Below, piece by piece: positions 25,300 through 38,971 of a DNA stretch of 64,000 nucleotides; position 1 is the first letter of the stretch, and each line of letters starts with the position of its first letter. The stretch lies in NCBI GenBank assembly GCA_964057225.1, contig OZ059900.1:22754001-22818000 (forward strand). The letters are read 5' to 3'. The notes below the pieces were generated by a model. That model did not search any database. It was not told the DNA's origin and saw only the letters and a list, made by a program, of their open reading frames with translations. Source of the DNA: Auanema rhodensis. Taxonomy: Eukaryota; Animalia; Nematoda. Both the position numbers and the translations under genes were made by a program.

Positions 25300-28200
25300 A
25301 TGAAACCTAGCTCAAAATTGTTTGTACAACGTCTAGTTCCACTTTCACGACAAAAAAACAGGGGTTAGAAAATTAAGTAAATTAGCATATTCTGAGGGCA
25401 CGCCCCTTATGGCTAATATTGATTAAATCGATTTTTGTTCGTATGAGTCGTCAAATGCAACGAATTTCAGCGTGTTACATACTAAAATGAAGCATTTTAC
25501 ATGCTGAACACTAGAAAAATACAAAAACACAGTATTTCTCATGAGAAATATTTTATTATGCTGGTAAACCAGTTTTTGGAAATTTCGCTGTAAACAAGGT
25601 TTTGACTTACGATTTCATGTGTTCAAACTCATGCAATGTCAATGAAACCTAGCTCAAAATTGTTTGTACAACGTCTAGTTCCACTTTCACGACAAAAAAA
25701 CAGGGGTTAGAAAATTAAGGAAATTAGCATATTCTGAGGGCACGCCCCTTATGGCTAATATTGATTAAATCGATTTTTGTTCATATGAGTAGTCAAATGC
25801 AACGAATTTCAGCGTGTTACATACTTAAATGAAGCATTTTACATGCTGAACACTAGAAAAATACAAAAACACAGTATTTCTCATGAGAAATATTTTATTA
25901 TGCTGGAAAACCAGTTTTTGGAAATTTCGCTGTAAACAAGGTTTTGACTTACGATTTCATGTGTTCAAACTCTTGCAATGTCAATGAAACCTAGCTCAAA
26001 ATTGTTCGTACAACGTCTAGTTCCACTTTCACGACAAAAAACAGGGGTTAGAAAATTTAGGAAATTAGCATATTCTGAGGGCACGCCCCTTATGGCTAAT
26101 ATTGATTAAATCGATTTTTGTTCATATGAGTCGTCAAATGCAACGAATTTCAGCGTGTTACATACTAAAATGAAGCATTTTACATGCTGAACACTAGAAA
26201 AATACAAAAACACAGTATTTCCCATGAGAAATATTTTATTATGCTGGAAAACCAGTTTTTGGAAATTTCGCTGTAAACAAGGTTTTGACTTACGATTTCA
26301 TGTGTTCAAACTCATGCAATGTCAATGAAACCTAGCTCAAAATTGTTTGTACAACGTCTAGTTCCACTTTCACGACAAAAAAACAGGGGTTAGAAAATTA
26401 AGGAAATTAGCATATTCTGAGGGCACGCCCCTAATGGCTAATATTGATTAAATCGATTTTTGTTCATATGAGTCGTCAAATGCAACGAATTTCAGCGTGT
26501 TACATACTAAAATGAAGCATTTCACATGCTGAACACTAGAAAAATACAAAAACACAGTTTTTCCCATGAGAAATATTTTATTATGCTGGAAAACCAGTTT
26601 TTGGAAATTTCGCTGTAAACAAGGTTTTGACTTACGATTTCATGTGTTCAAACTCTTGCAATGTCAATGAAACCTAGCTCAAAATTGTTTGTACAACGTC
26701 TAGTTCCACTTTCACGACAAAAAAACAGGGGTTAGAAAATTAAGGAAATTAGCATATTCTGAGGGCACGCCCCTTATGGCTAATATTGATTAAATCGATT
26801 TTTGTTCATATGAGTCGTCAAATGCAACGAATTTCAGCGTGTTACATACTAAAATGAAGCATTTTACATGCTGAACACTAGAAAAATACAAAAACACAGT
26901 TTTTCCCATGAGAAATATTTTATTATGCTGGAAAACCAGTTTTTGGAAATTTCGCTGTAAACAAGGTTCTGACTTACGATTTCATGTGTTCAAACTCTTG
27001 CAATGTCAATGAAACCTAGCTCAAAATTGTTCGTACAACGTCTAGTTCCACTTTCACGACAAAAAAACAGGGGTTAGAAAATTAAGGAAATTAGCATATT
27101 CTGAGGGCACGCCCCTTATGGCTAATATTGATTAAATCGATTTTTGTTCATATGAGTCGTCAAATGCAACGAATTTCAGCGTGTTACATACTAAAATGAA
27201 GCATTTTACATGCTGAACACTAGAAAAATACAAAAACACAGTATTTCCCATGAGAAATATTTTATTATGCTGGAAAACCAGTTTTTGGAAATTTCGCTGT
27301 AAACAAGGTTTTGACTTACGATTTCATGTGTTCAAACTCATGCAATGTCAATGAAACCTAGCTCAAAATTGTTTGTACAACGTCTAGTTCCACTTTCACG
27401 ACAAAAAAACAGGGGTTAGAAAATTAAGGAAATTAGCATATTCTGAGGGCACGCCCCTTATGGCTAATATTGATTAAATCGATTTTTGTTCATATGAGTC
27501 GTCAAATGCAACGAATTTCAGCGTGTTACATACTAAAATGAAGCATTTTACATGCTGAACACTAGAAAAATACAAAAACACAGTATTTCCCATGAGAAAT
27601 ATTTTATTATGCTGGAAAACCAGTTTTTGGAAATTTCGCTGTAAACAAGGTTTTGACTTACGATTTCATGTGTTCAAACTCATGCAATGTCAATGAAACC
27701 TAGCTCAAAATTGTTTGTACAACGTCTAGTTCCACTTTCACGACAAAAAAACAGGGGTTAGAAAATTAAGGAAATTAGCATATTCTGAGGGCACGCCCCT
27801 AATGGCTAATATTGATTAAATCGATTTTTGTTCATATGAGTCGTCAAATGCAACGAATTTCAGCGTGTTACATACTAAAATGAAGCATTTCACATGCTGA
27901 ACACTAGAAAAATACAAAAACACAGTTTTTCCCATGAGAAATATTTTATTATGCTGGAAAACCAGTTTTTGGAAATTTCGCTGTAAACAAGGTTTTGACT
28001 TACGATTTCATGTGTTCAAACTCATGCAATGTCAATGAAACCTAGCTCAAAATTGTTTGTACAACGTCTAGTTCCACTTTCACGACAAAAAAACAGGGGT
28101 TAGAAAATTAAGTAAATTAGCATATTCTGAGGGCACGCCCCTTATGGCTAATATTGATTAAATCGATTTTTGTTCGTATGAGTCGTCAAATGCAACGAAT

Positions 28201-30769
28201 TTCAGCGTGTTACATACTAAAATGAAGCATTTTACATGCTGAACACTAGAAAAATACAAAAACACAGTATTTCTCATGAGAAATATTTTATTATGCTGGT
28301 AAACCAGTTTTTGGAAATTTCGCTGTAAACAAGGTTTTGACTTACGATTTCATGTGTTCAAACTCATGCAATGTCAATGAAACCTAGCTCAAAATTGTTT
28401 GTACAACGTCTAGTTCCACTTTCACGACAAAAAAACAGGGGTTAGAAAATTAAGGAAATTAGCATATTCTGAGGGCACGCCCCTTATGGCTAATATTGAT
28501 TAAATCGATTTTTGTTCATATGAGTAGTCAAATGCAACGAATTTCAGCGTGTTACATACTTAAATGAAGCATTTTACATGCTGAACACTAGAAAAATACA
28601 AAAACACAGTATTTCTCATGAGAAATATTTTATTATGCTGGAAAACCAGTTTTTGGAAATTTCGCTGTAAACAAGGTTTTGACTTACGATTTCATGTGTT
28701 CAAACTCTTGCAATGTCAATGAAACCTAGCTCAAAATTGTTCGTACAACGTCTAGTTCCACTTTCACGACAAAAAACAGGGGTTAGAAAATTTAGGAAAT
28801 TAGCATATTCTGAGGGCACGCCCCTTATGGCTAATATTGATTAAATCGATTTTTGTTCATATGAGTCGTCAAATGCAACGAATTTCAGCGTGTTACATAC
28901 TAAAATGAAGCATTTTACATGCTGAACACTAGAAAAATACAAAAACACAGTATTTCCCATGAGAAATATTTTATTATGCTGGAAAACCAGTTTTTGGAAA
29001 TTTCGCTGTAAACAAGGTTTTGACTTACGATTTCATGTGTTCAAACTCATGCAATGTCAATGAAACCTAGCTCAAAATTGTTTGTACAACGTCTAGTTCC
29101 ACTTTCACGACAAAAAAACAGGGGTTAGAAAATTAAGGAAATTAGCATATTCTGAGGGCACGCCCCTAATGGCTAATATTGATTAAATCGATTTTTGTTC
29201 ATATGAGTCGTCAAATGCAACGAATTTCAGCGTGTTACATACTAAAATGAAGCATTTCACATGCTGAACACTAGAAAAATACAAAAACACAGTTTTTCCC
29301 ATGAGAAATATTTTATTATGCTGGAAAACCAGTTTTTGGAAATTTCGCTGTAAACAAGGTTTTGACTTACGATTTCATGTGTTCAAACTCTTGCAATGTC
29401 AATGAAACCTAGCTCAAAATTGTTTGTACAACGTCTAGTTCCACTTTCACGACAAAAAAACAGGGGTTAGAAAATTAAGGAAATTAGCATATTCTGAGGG
29501 CACGCCCCTTATGGCTAATATTGATTAAATCGATTTTTGTTCATATGAGTCGTCAAATGCAACGAATTTCAGCGTGTTACATACTAAAATGAAGCATTTT
29601 ACATGCTGAACACTAGAAAAATACAAAAACACAGTTTTTCCCATGAGAAATATTTTATTATGCTGGAAAACCAGTTTTTGGAAATTTCGCTGTAAACAAG
29701 GTTCTGACTTACGATTTCATGTGTTCAAACTCTTGCAATGTCAATGAAACCTAGCTCAAAATTGTTCGTACAACGTCTAGTTCCACTTTCACGACAAAAA
29801 AACAGGGGTTAGAAAATTAAGGAAATTAGCATATTCTGAGGGCACGCCCCTTATGGCTAATATTGATTAAATCGATTTTTGTTCATATGAGTCGTCAAAT
29901 GCAACGAATTTCAGCGTGTTACATACTAAAATGAAGCATTTTACATGCTGAACACTAGAAAAATACAAAAACACAGTATTTCCCATGAGAAATATTTTAT
30001 TATGCTGGAAAACCAGTTTTTGGAAATTTCGCTGTAAACAAGGTTTTGACTTACGATTTCATGTGTTCAAACTCATGCAATGTCAATGAAACCTAGCTCA
30101 AAATTGTTTGTACAACGTCTAGTTCCACTTTCACGACAAAAAAACAGGGGTTAGAAAATTAAGGAAATTAGCATATTCTGAGGGCACGCCCCTTATGGCT
30201 AATATTGATTAAATCGATTTTTGTTCATATGAGTCGTCAAATGCAACGAATTTCAGCGTGTTACATACTAAAATGAAGCATTTTACATGCTGAACACTAG
30301 AAAAATACAAAAACACAGTATTTCCCATGAGAAATATTTTATTATGCTGGAAAACCAGTTTTTGGAAATTTCGCTGTAAACAAGGTTTTGACTTACGATT
30401 TCATGTGTTCAAACTCATGCAATGTCAATGAAACCTAGCTCAAAATTGTTTGTACAACGTCTAGTTCCACTTTCACGACAAAAAAACAGGGGTTAGAAAA
30501 TTAAGGAAATTAGCATATTCTGAGGGCACGCCCCTAATGGCTAATATTGATTAAATCGATTTTTGTTCATATGAGTCGTCAAATGCAACGAATTTCAGCG
30601 TGTTACATACTAAAATGAAGCATTTCACATGCTGAACACTAGAAAAATACAAAAACACAGTTTTTCCCATGAGAAATATTTTATTATGCTGGAAAACCAG
30701 TTTTTGGAAATTTCGCTGTAAACAAGGTTTTGACTTACGATTTCATGTGTTCAAACTCTTGCAATGTCA
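25300..30769. repeat. 8-mer HOR (2735 bp) x2
   Basis: AAGTAAA+TTCGTATG+GGTAAACC monomer at 25300 and 28035; CTTAAA+GAGTAG at 25642 and 28377; GGTTCTGA at 26667 and 29402. Confidence 0.9.
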
Positions 30770-33700
30770 ATGAAACCTAGCTCAAAATTGTTTGTACAAC
30801 GTCTAGTTCCACTTTCACGACAAAAAAACAGGGGTTAGAAAATTAAGGAAATTAGCATATTCTGAGGGCACGCCCCTTATGGCTAATATTGATTAAATCG
30901 ATTTTTGTTCATATGAGTCGTCAAATGCAACGAATTTCAGCGTGTTACATACTAAAATGAAGCATTTTACATGCTGAACACTAGAAAAATACAAAAACAC
31001 AGTTTTTCCCATGAGAAATATTTTATTATGCTGGAAAACCAGTTTTTGGAAATTTCGCTGTAAACAAGGTTTTGACTTACGATTTCATGTGTTCAAACTC
31101 ATGCAATGTCAATGAAACCTAGCTCAAAATTGTTTGTACAACGTCTAGTTCCACTTTCACGACAAAAAAACAGGGGTTAGAAAATTAAGGAAATTAGCAT
31201 ATTCTGAGGGCACGCCCCTAATGGCTAATATTGATTAAATCGATTTTTGTTCATATGAGTCGTCAAATGCAACGAATTTCAGCGTGTTACATACTAAAAT
31301 GAAGCATTTCACATGCTGAACACTAGAAAAATACAAAAACACAGTTTTTCCCATGAGAAATATTTTATTATGCTGGAAAACCAGTTTTTGGAAATTTCGC
31401 TGTAAACAAGGTTTTGACTTACGATTTCATGTGTTCAAACTCTTGCAATGTCAATGAAACCTAGCTCAAAATTGTTTGTACAACGTCTAGTTCCACTTTC
31501 ACGACAAAAAAACAGGGGTTAGAAAATTAAGGAAATTAGCATATTCTGAGGGCACGCCCCTTATGGCTAATATTGATTAAATCGATTTTTGTTCATATGA
31601 GTCGTCAAATGCAACGAATTTCAGCGTGTTACATACTAAAATGAAGCATTTTACATGCTGAACACTAGAAAAATACAAAAACACAGTTTTTCCCATGAGA
31701 AATATTTTATTATGCTGGAAAACCAGTTTTTGGAAATTTCGCTGTAAACAAGGTTCTGACTTACGATTTCATGTGTTCAAACTCTTGCAATGTCAATGAA
31801 ACCTAGCTCAAAATTGTTCGTACAACGTCTAGTTCCACTTTCACGACAAAAAAACAGGGGTTAGAAAATTAAGGAAATTAGCATATTCTGAGGGCACGCC
31901 CCTTATGGCTAATATTGATTAAATCGATTTTTGTTCATATGAGTCGTCAAATGCAACGAATTTCAGCGTGTTACATACTAAAATGAAGCATTTTACATGC
32001 TGAACACTAGAAAAATACAAAAACACAGTATTTCCCATGAGAAATATTTTATTATGCTGGAAAACCAGTTTTTGGAAATTTCGCTGTAAACAAGGTTTTG
32101 ACTTACGATTTCATGTGTTCAAACTCATGCAATGTCAATGAAACCTAGCTCAAAATTGTTTGTACAACGTCTAGTTCCACTTTCACGACAAAAAAACAGG
32201 GGTTAGAAAATTAAGGAAATTAGCATATTCTGAGGGCACGCCCCTTATGGCTAATATTGATTAAATCGATTTTTGTTCATATGAGTCGTCAAATGCAACG
32301 AATTTCAGCGTGTTACATACTAAAATGAAGCATTTTACATGCTGAACACTAGAAAAATACAAAAACACAGTATTTCTCATGAGAAATATTTTATTATGCT
32401 GGTAAACCAGTTTTTGGAAATTTCGCTGTAAACAAGGTTTTGACTTACGATTTCATGTGTTCAAACTCATGCAATGTCAATGAAACCTAGCTCAAAATTG
32501 TTTGTACAACGTCTAGTTCCACTTTCACGACAAAAAAACAGGGGTTAGAAAATTAAGGAAATTAGCATATTCTGAGGGCACGCCCCTTATGGCTAATATT
32601 GATTAAATCGATTTTTGTTCATATGAGTAGTCAAATGCAACGAATTTCAGCGTGTTACATACTAAAATGAAGCATTTTACATGCTGAACACTAGAAAAAT
32701 ACAAAAACACAGTATTTCCCATGAGAAATATTTTATTATGCTGGAAAACCAGTTTTTGGAAATTTCGCTGTAAACAAGGTTTTGACTTACGATTTCATGT
32801 GTTCAAACTCATGCAATGTCAATGAAACCTAGCTCAAAATTGTTCCTACAACGTCTAGTTCCACTTTCACGACAAAAAACAGGGGTTAGAAAATTAAGGA
32901 AATTAGCATATTCTGAGGGCACGCCCCTTATGGCTAATATTGATTAAATCGATTTTTGTTCATATGAGTCGTCAAATGCAACGAATTTCAGCGTGTTACA
33001 TGCTAAAATGAAGCATTTTACATGCTGAACACTAGAAAAATACAAAAACTAAGTATTTCCCATGAGAAATATTTTATTATGCTGGAAAACCAGTTTTTGG
33101 AAATTTCGCTGTAAACAAGGTTTTGACTTACGATTTCATGTGTTCAAACTCATGCAATGTCAATGAAACCTAGCTCAAAATTGTTCCTACAACGTCTAGT
33201 TCCACTTTCACGACAAAATACAGGGGTTAGAAAATTAAGGAAATTAGCATATTCTGAGGGCACGCCCCTTATGGCTAATATTGATTAAATCGATTTTTGT
33301 TCATATGAGTCGTCAAATGCAACGAATTTCAGCGTGTTACATACTAAAATGAAGCATTTTACATGCTGAACACTAGAAAAATACCAAAACACAGTATTTC
33401 CCATGAGAAATATTTTATTATGCTGGAAAACCAGTTTTTGGAAATTTCGCTGTAAACAAGGTTTTGACTTACGATTTCATGTGTTCAAACTCATGCAATG
33501 TCAATGAAACCTAGCTCAAAATTGTTTGTACAACGTCTAGTTCCACTTTCACGACAAAAAAACAGGGGTTAGAAAATTAAGTAAATTAGCATATTCTGAG
33601 GGCACGCCCCTTATGGCTAATATTGATTAAATCGATTTTTGTTCGTATGAGTCGTCAAATGCAACGAATTTCAGCGTGTTACATACTAAAATGAAGCATT

Positions 33701-36700
33701 TTACATGCTGAACACTAGAAAAATACAAAAACACAGTATTTCTCATGAGAAATATTTTATTATGCTGGTAAACCAGTTTTTGGAAATTTCGCTGTAAACA
33801 AGGTTTTGACTTACGATTTCATGTGTTCAAACTCATGCAATGTCAATGAAACCTAGCTCAAAATTGTTTGTACAACGTCTAGTTCCACTTTCACGACAAA
33901 AAAACAGGGGTTAGAAAATTAAGGAAATTAGCATATTCTGAGGGCACGCCCCTAATGGCTAATATTGATTAAATCGATTTTTGTTCATATGAGTCGTCAA
34001 ATGCAACGAATTTCAGCGTGTTACATACTAAAATGAAGCATTTCACATGCTGAACACTAGAAAAATACAAAAACACAGTTTTTCCCATGAGAAATATTTT
34101 ATTATGCTGGAAAACCAGTTTTTGGAAATTTCGCTGTAAACAAGGTTTTGACTTACGATTTCATGTGTTCAAACTCTTGCAATGTCAATGAAACCTAGCT
34201 CAAAATTGTTTGTACAACGTCTAGTTCCACTTTCACGACAAAAAAACAGGGGTTAGAAAATTAAGGAAATTAGCATATTCTGAGGGCACGCCCCTTATGG
34301 CTAATATTGATTAAATCGATTTTTGTTCATATGAGTCGTCAAATGCAACGAATTTCAGCGTGTTACATACTAAAATGAAGCATTTTACATGCTGAACACT
34401 AGAAAAATACAAAAACACAGTTTTTCCCATGAGAAATATTTTATTATGCTGGAAAACCAGTTTTTGGAAATTTCGCTGTAAACAAGGTTTTGACTTACGA
34501 TTTCATGTGTTCAAACTCATGCAATGTCAATGAAACCTAGCTCAAAATTGTTTGTACAACGTCTAGTTCCACTTTCACGACAAAAAAACAGGGGTTAGAA
34601 AATTAAGGAAATTAGCATATTCTGAGGGCACGCCCCTAATGGCTAATATTGATTAAATCGATTTTTGTTCATATGAGTCGTCAAATGCAACGAATTTCAG
34701 CGTGTTACATACTAAAATGAAGCATTTCACATGCTGAACACTAGAAAAATACAAAAACACAGTTTTTCCCATGAGAAATATTTTATTATGCTGGAAAACC
34801 AGTTTTTGGAAATTTCGCTGTAAACAAGGTTTTGACTTACGATTTCATGTGTTCAAACTCTTGCAATGTCAATGAAACCTAGCTCAAAATTGTTTGTACA
34901 ACGTCTAGTTCCACTTTCACGACAAAAAAACAGGGGTTAGAAAATTAAGGAAATTAGCATATTCTGAGGGCACGCCCCTTATGGCTAATATTGATTAAAT
35001 CGATTTTTGTTCATATGAGTCGTCAAATGCAACGAATTTCAGCGTGTTACATACTAAAATGAAGCATTTTACATGCTGAACACTAGAAAAATACAAAAAC
35101 ACAGTTTTTCCCATGAGAAATATTTTATTATGCTGGAAAACCAGTTTTTGGAAATTTCGCTGTAAACAAGGTTCTGACTTACGATTTCATGTGTTCAAAC
35201 TCTTGCAATGTCAATGAAACCTAGCTCAAAATTGTTCGTACAACGTCTAGTTCCACTTTCACGACAAAAAAACAGGGGTTAGAAAATTAAGGAAATTAGC
35301 ATATTCTGAGGGCACGCCCCTTATGGCTAATATTGATTAAATCGATTTTTGTTCATATGAGTCGTCAAATGCAACGAATTTCAGCGTGTTACATACTAAA
35401 ATGAAGCATTTTACATGCTGAACACTAGAAAAATACAAAAACACAGTATTTCCCATGAGAAATATTTTATTATGCTGGAAAACCAGTTTTTGGAAATTTC
35501 GCTGTAAACAAGGTTTTGACTTACGATTTCATGTGTTCAAACTCATGCAATGTCAATGAAACCTAGCTCAAAATTGTTTGTACAACGTCTAGTTCCACTT
35601 TCACGACAAAAAAACAGGGGTTAGAAAATTAAGGAAATTAGCATATTCTGAGGGCACGCCCCTTATGGCTAATATTGATTAAATCGATTTTTGTTCATAT
35701 GAGTCGTCAAATGCAACGAATTTCAGCGTGTTACATACTAAAATGAAGCATTTTACATGCTGAACACTAGAAAAATACAAAAACACAGTATTTCTCATGA
35801 GAAATATTTTATTATGCTGGTAAACCAGTTTTTGGAAATTTCGCTGTAAACAAGGTTTTGACTTACGATTTCATGTGTTCAAACTCATGCAATGTCAATG
35901 AAACCTAGCTCAAAATTGTTTGTACAACGTCTAGTTCCACTTTCACGACAAAAAAACAGGGGTTAGAAAATTAAGGAAATTAGCATATTCTGAGGGCACG
36001 CCCCTTATGGCTAATATTGATTAAATCGATTTTTGTTCATATGAGTAGTCAAATGCAACGAATTTCAGCGTGTTACATACTAAAATGAAGCATTTTACAT
36101 GCTGAACACTAGAAAAATACAAAAACACAGTATTTCCCATGAGAAATATTTTATTATGCTGGAAAACCAGTTTTTGGAAATTTCGCTGTAAACAAGGTTT
36201 TGACTTACGATTTCATGTGTTCAAACTCATGCAATGTCAATGAAACCTAGCTCAAAATTGTTCCTACAACGTCTAGTTCCACTTTCACGACAAAAAACAG
36301 GGGTTAGAAAATTAAGGAAATTAGCATATTCTGAGGGCACGCCCCTTATGGCTAATATTGATTAAATCGATTTTTGTTCATATGAGTCGTCAAATGCAAC
36401 GAATTTCAGCGTGTTACATGCTAAAATGAAGCATTTTACATGCTGAACACTAGAAAAATACAAAAACTAAGTATTTCCCATGAGAAATATTTTATTATGC
36501 TGGAAAACCAGTTTTTGGAAATTTCGCTGTAAACAAGGTTTTGACTTACGATTTCATGTGTTCAAACTCATGCAATGTCAATGAAACCTAGCTCAAAATT
36601 GTTCCTACAACGTCTAGTTCCACTTTCACGACAAAATACAGGGGTTAGAAAATTAAGGAAATTAGCATATTCTGAGGGCACGCCCCTTATGGCTAATATT

Positions 36701-37263
36701 GATTAAATCGATTTTTGTTCATATGAGTCGTCAAATGCAACGAATTTCAGCGTGTTACATACTAAAATGAAGCATTTTACATGCTGAACACTAGAAAAAT
36801 ACCAAAACACAGTATTTCCCATGAGAAATATTTTATTATGCTGGAAAACCAGTTTTTGGAAATTTCGCTGTAAACAAGGTTTTGACTTACGATTTCATGT
36901 GTTCAAACTCATGCAATGTCAATGAAACCTAGCTCAAAATTGTTTGTACAACGTCTAGTTCCACTTTCACGACAAAAAAACAGGGGTTAGAAAATTAAGT
37001 AAATTAGCATATTCTGAGGGCACGCCCCTTATGGCTAATATTGATTAAATCGATTTTTGTTCGTATGAGTCGTCAAATGCAACGAATTTCAGCGTGTTAC
37101 ATACTAAAATGAAGCATTTTACATGCTGAACACTAGAAAAATACAAAAACACAGTATTTCTCATGAGAAATATTTTATTATGCTGGTAAACCAGTTTTTG
37201 GAAATTTCGCTGTAAACAAGGTTTTGACTTACGATTTCATGTGTTCAAACTCATGCAATGTCA
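30428..37263. repeat. 10-mer HOR (3418 bp) x2
   Basis: CATGCTAAAA+AACTAAG monomer at 32822 and 36240; AAAATACAGG+TACCAAAA at 33163 and 36581; GGTTCTGA at 31454 and 34872. Confidence 0.9.
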
Positions 37264-38971
37264 ATGAAACCTAGCTCAAAATTGTTTGTACAACGTCTAG
37301 TTCCACTTTCACGACAAAAAAACAGGGGTTAGAAAATTAAGGAAATTAGCATATTCTGAGGGCACGCCCCTTATGGCTAATATTGATTAAATCGATTTTT
37401 GTTCATATGAGTAGTCAAATGCAACGAATTTCAGCGTGTTACATACTTAAATGAAGCATTTTACATGCTGAACACTAGAAAAATACAAAAACACAGTATT
37501 TCTCATGAGAAATATTTTATTATGCTGGAAAACCAGTTTTTGGAAATTTCGCTGTAAACAAGGTTTTGACTTACGATTTCATGTGTTCAAACTCTTGCAA
37601 TGTCAATGAAACCTAGCTCAAAATTGTTCGTACAACGTCTAGTTCCACTTTCACGACAAAAAACAGGGGTTAGAAAATTTAGGAAATTAGCATATTCTGA
37701 GGGCACGCCCCTTATGGCTAATATTGATTAAATCGATTTTTGTTCATATGAGTCGTCAAATGCAACGAATTTCAGCGTGTTACATACTAAAATGAAGCAT
37801 TTTACATGCTGAACACTAGAAAAATACCAAAACACAGTATTTCCCATGAGAAATATTTTATTATGCTGGAAAACCAGTTTTTGGAAATTTCGCTGTAAAC
37901 AAGGTTTTGACTTACGATTTCATGTGTTCAAACTCATGCAATGTCAATGAAACCTAGCTCAAAATTGTTTGTACAACGTCTAGTTCCACTTTCACGACAA
38001 AAAAACAGGGGTTAGAAAATTAAGTAAATTAGCATATTCTGAGGGCACGCCCCTTATGGCTAATATTGATTAAATCGATTTTTGTTCGTATGAGTCGTCA
38101 AATGCAACGAATTTCAGCGTGTTACATACTAAAATGAAGCATTTTACATGCTGAACACTAGAAAAATACAAAAACACAGTATTTCTCATGAGAAATATTT
38201 TATTATGCTGGTAAACCAGTTTTTGGAAATTTCGCTGTAAACAAGGTTTTGACTTACGATTTCATGTGTTCAAACTCATGCAATGTCAATGAAACCTAGC
38301 TCAAAATTGTTTGTACAACGTCTAGTTCCACTTTCACGACAAAAAAACAGGGGTTAGAAAATTAAGGAAATTAGCATATTCTGAGGGCACGCCCCTTATG
38401 GCTAATATTGATTAAATCGATTTTTGTTCATATGAGTAGTCAAATGCAACGAATTTCAGCGTGTTACATACTTAAATGAAGCATTTTACATGCTGAACAC
38501 TAGAAAAATACAAAAACACAGTATTTCTCATGAGAAATATTTTATTATGCTGGAAAACCAGTTTTTGGAAATTTCGCTGTAAACAAGGTTTTGACTTACG
38601 ATTTCATGTGTTCAAACTCTTGCAATGTCAATGAAACCTAGCTCAAAATTGTTCGTACAACGTCTAGTTCCACTTTCACGACAAAAAACAGGGGTTAGAA
38701 AATTTAGGAAATTAGCATATTCTGAGGGCACGCCCCTTATGGCTAATATTGATTAAATCGATTTTTGTTCATATGAGTCGTCAAATGCAACGAATTTCAG
38801 CGTGTTACATACTAAAATGAAGCATTTTACATGCTGAACACTAGAAAAATACAAAAACACAGTATTTCCCATGAGAAATATTTTATTATGCTGGAAAACC
38901 AGTTTTTGGAAATTTCGCTGTAAACAAGGTTTTGACTTACGATTTCATGTGTTCAAACTCATGCAATGTCA
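36922..38971. repeat. Local 3-mer HOR (1025 bp) x2
   Basis: AAGTAAA monomer at 36922 and 37947; CTTAAA monomer at 37264 and 38289; six-A TTCG monomer at 37606 and 38631. Confidence 0.85.
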
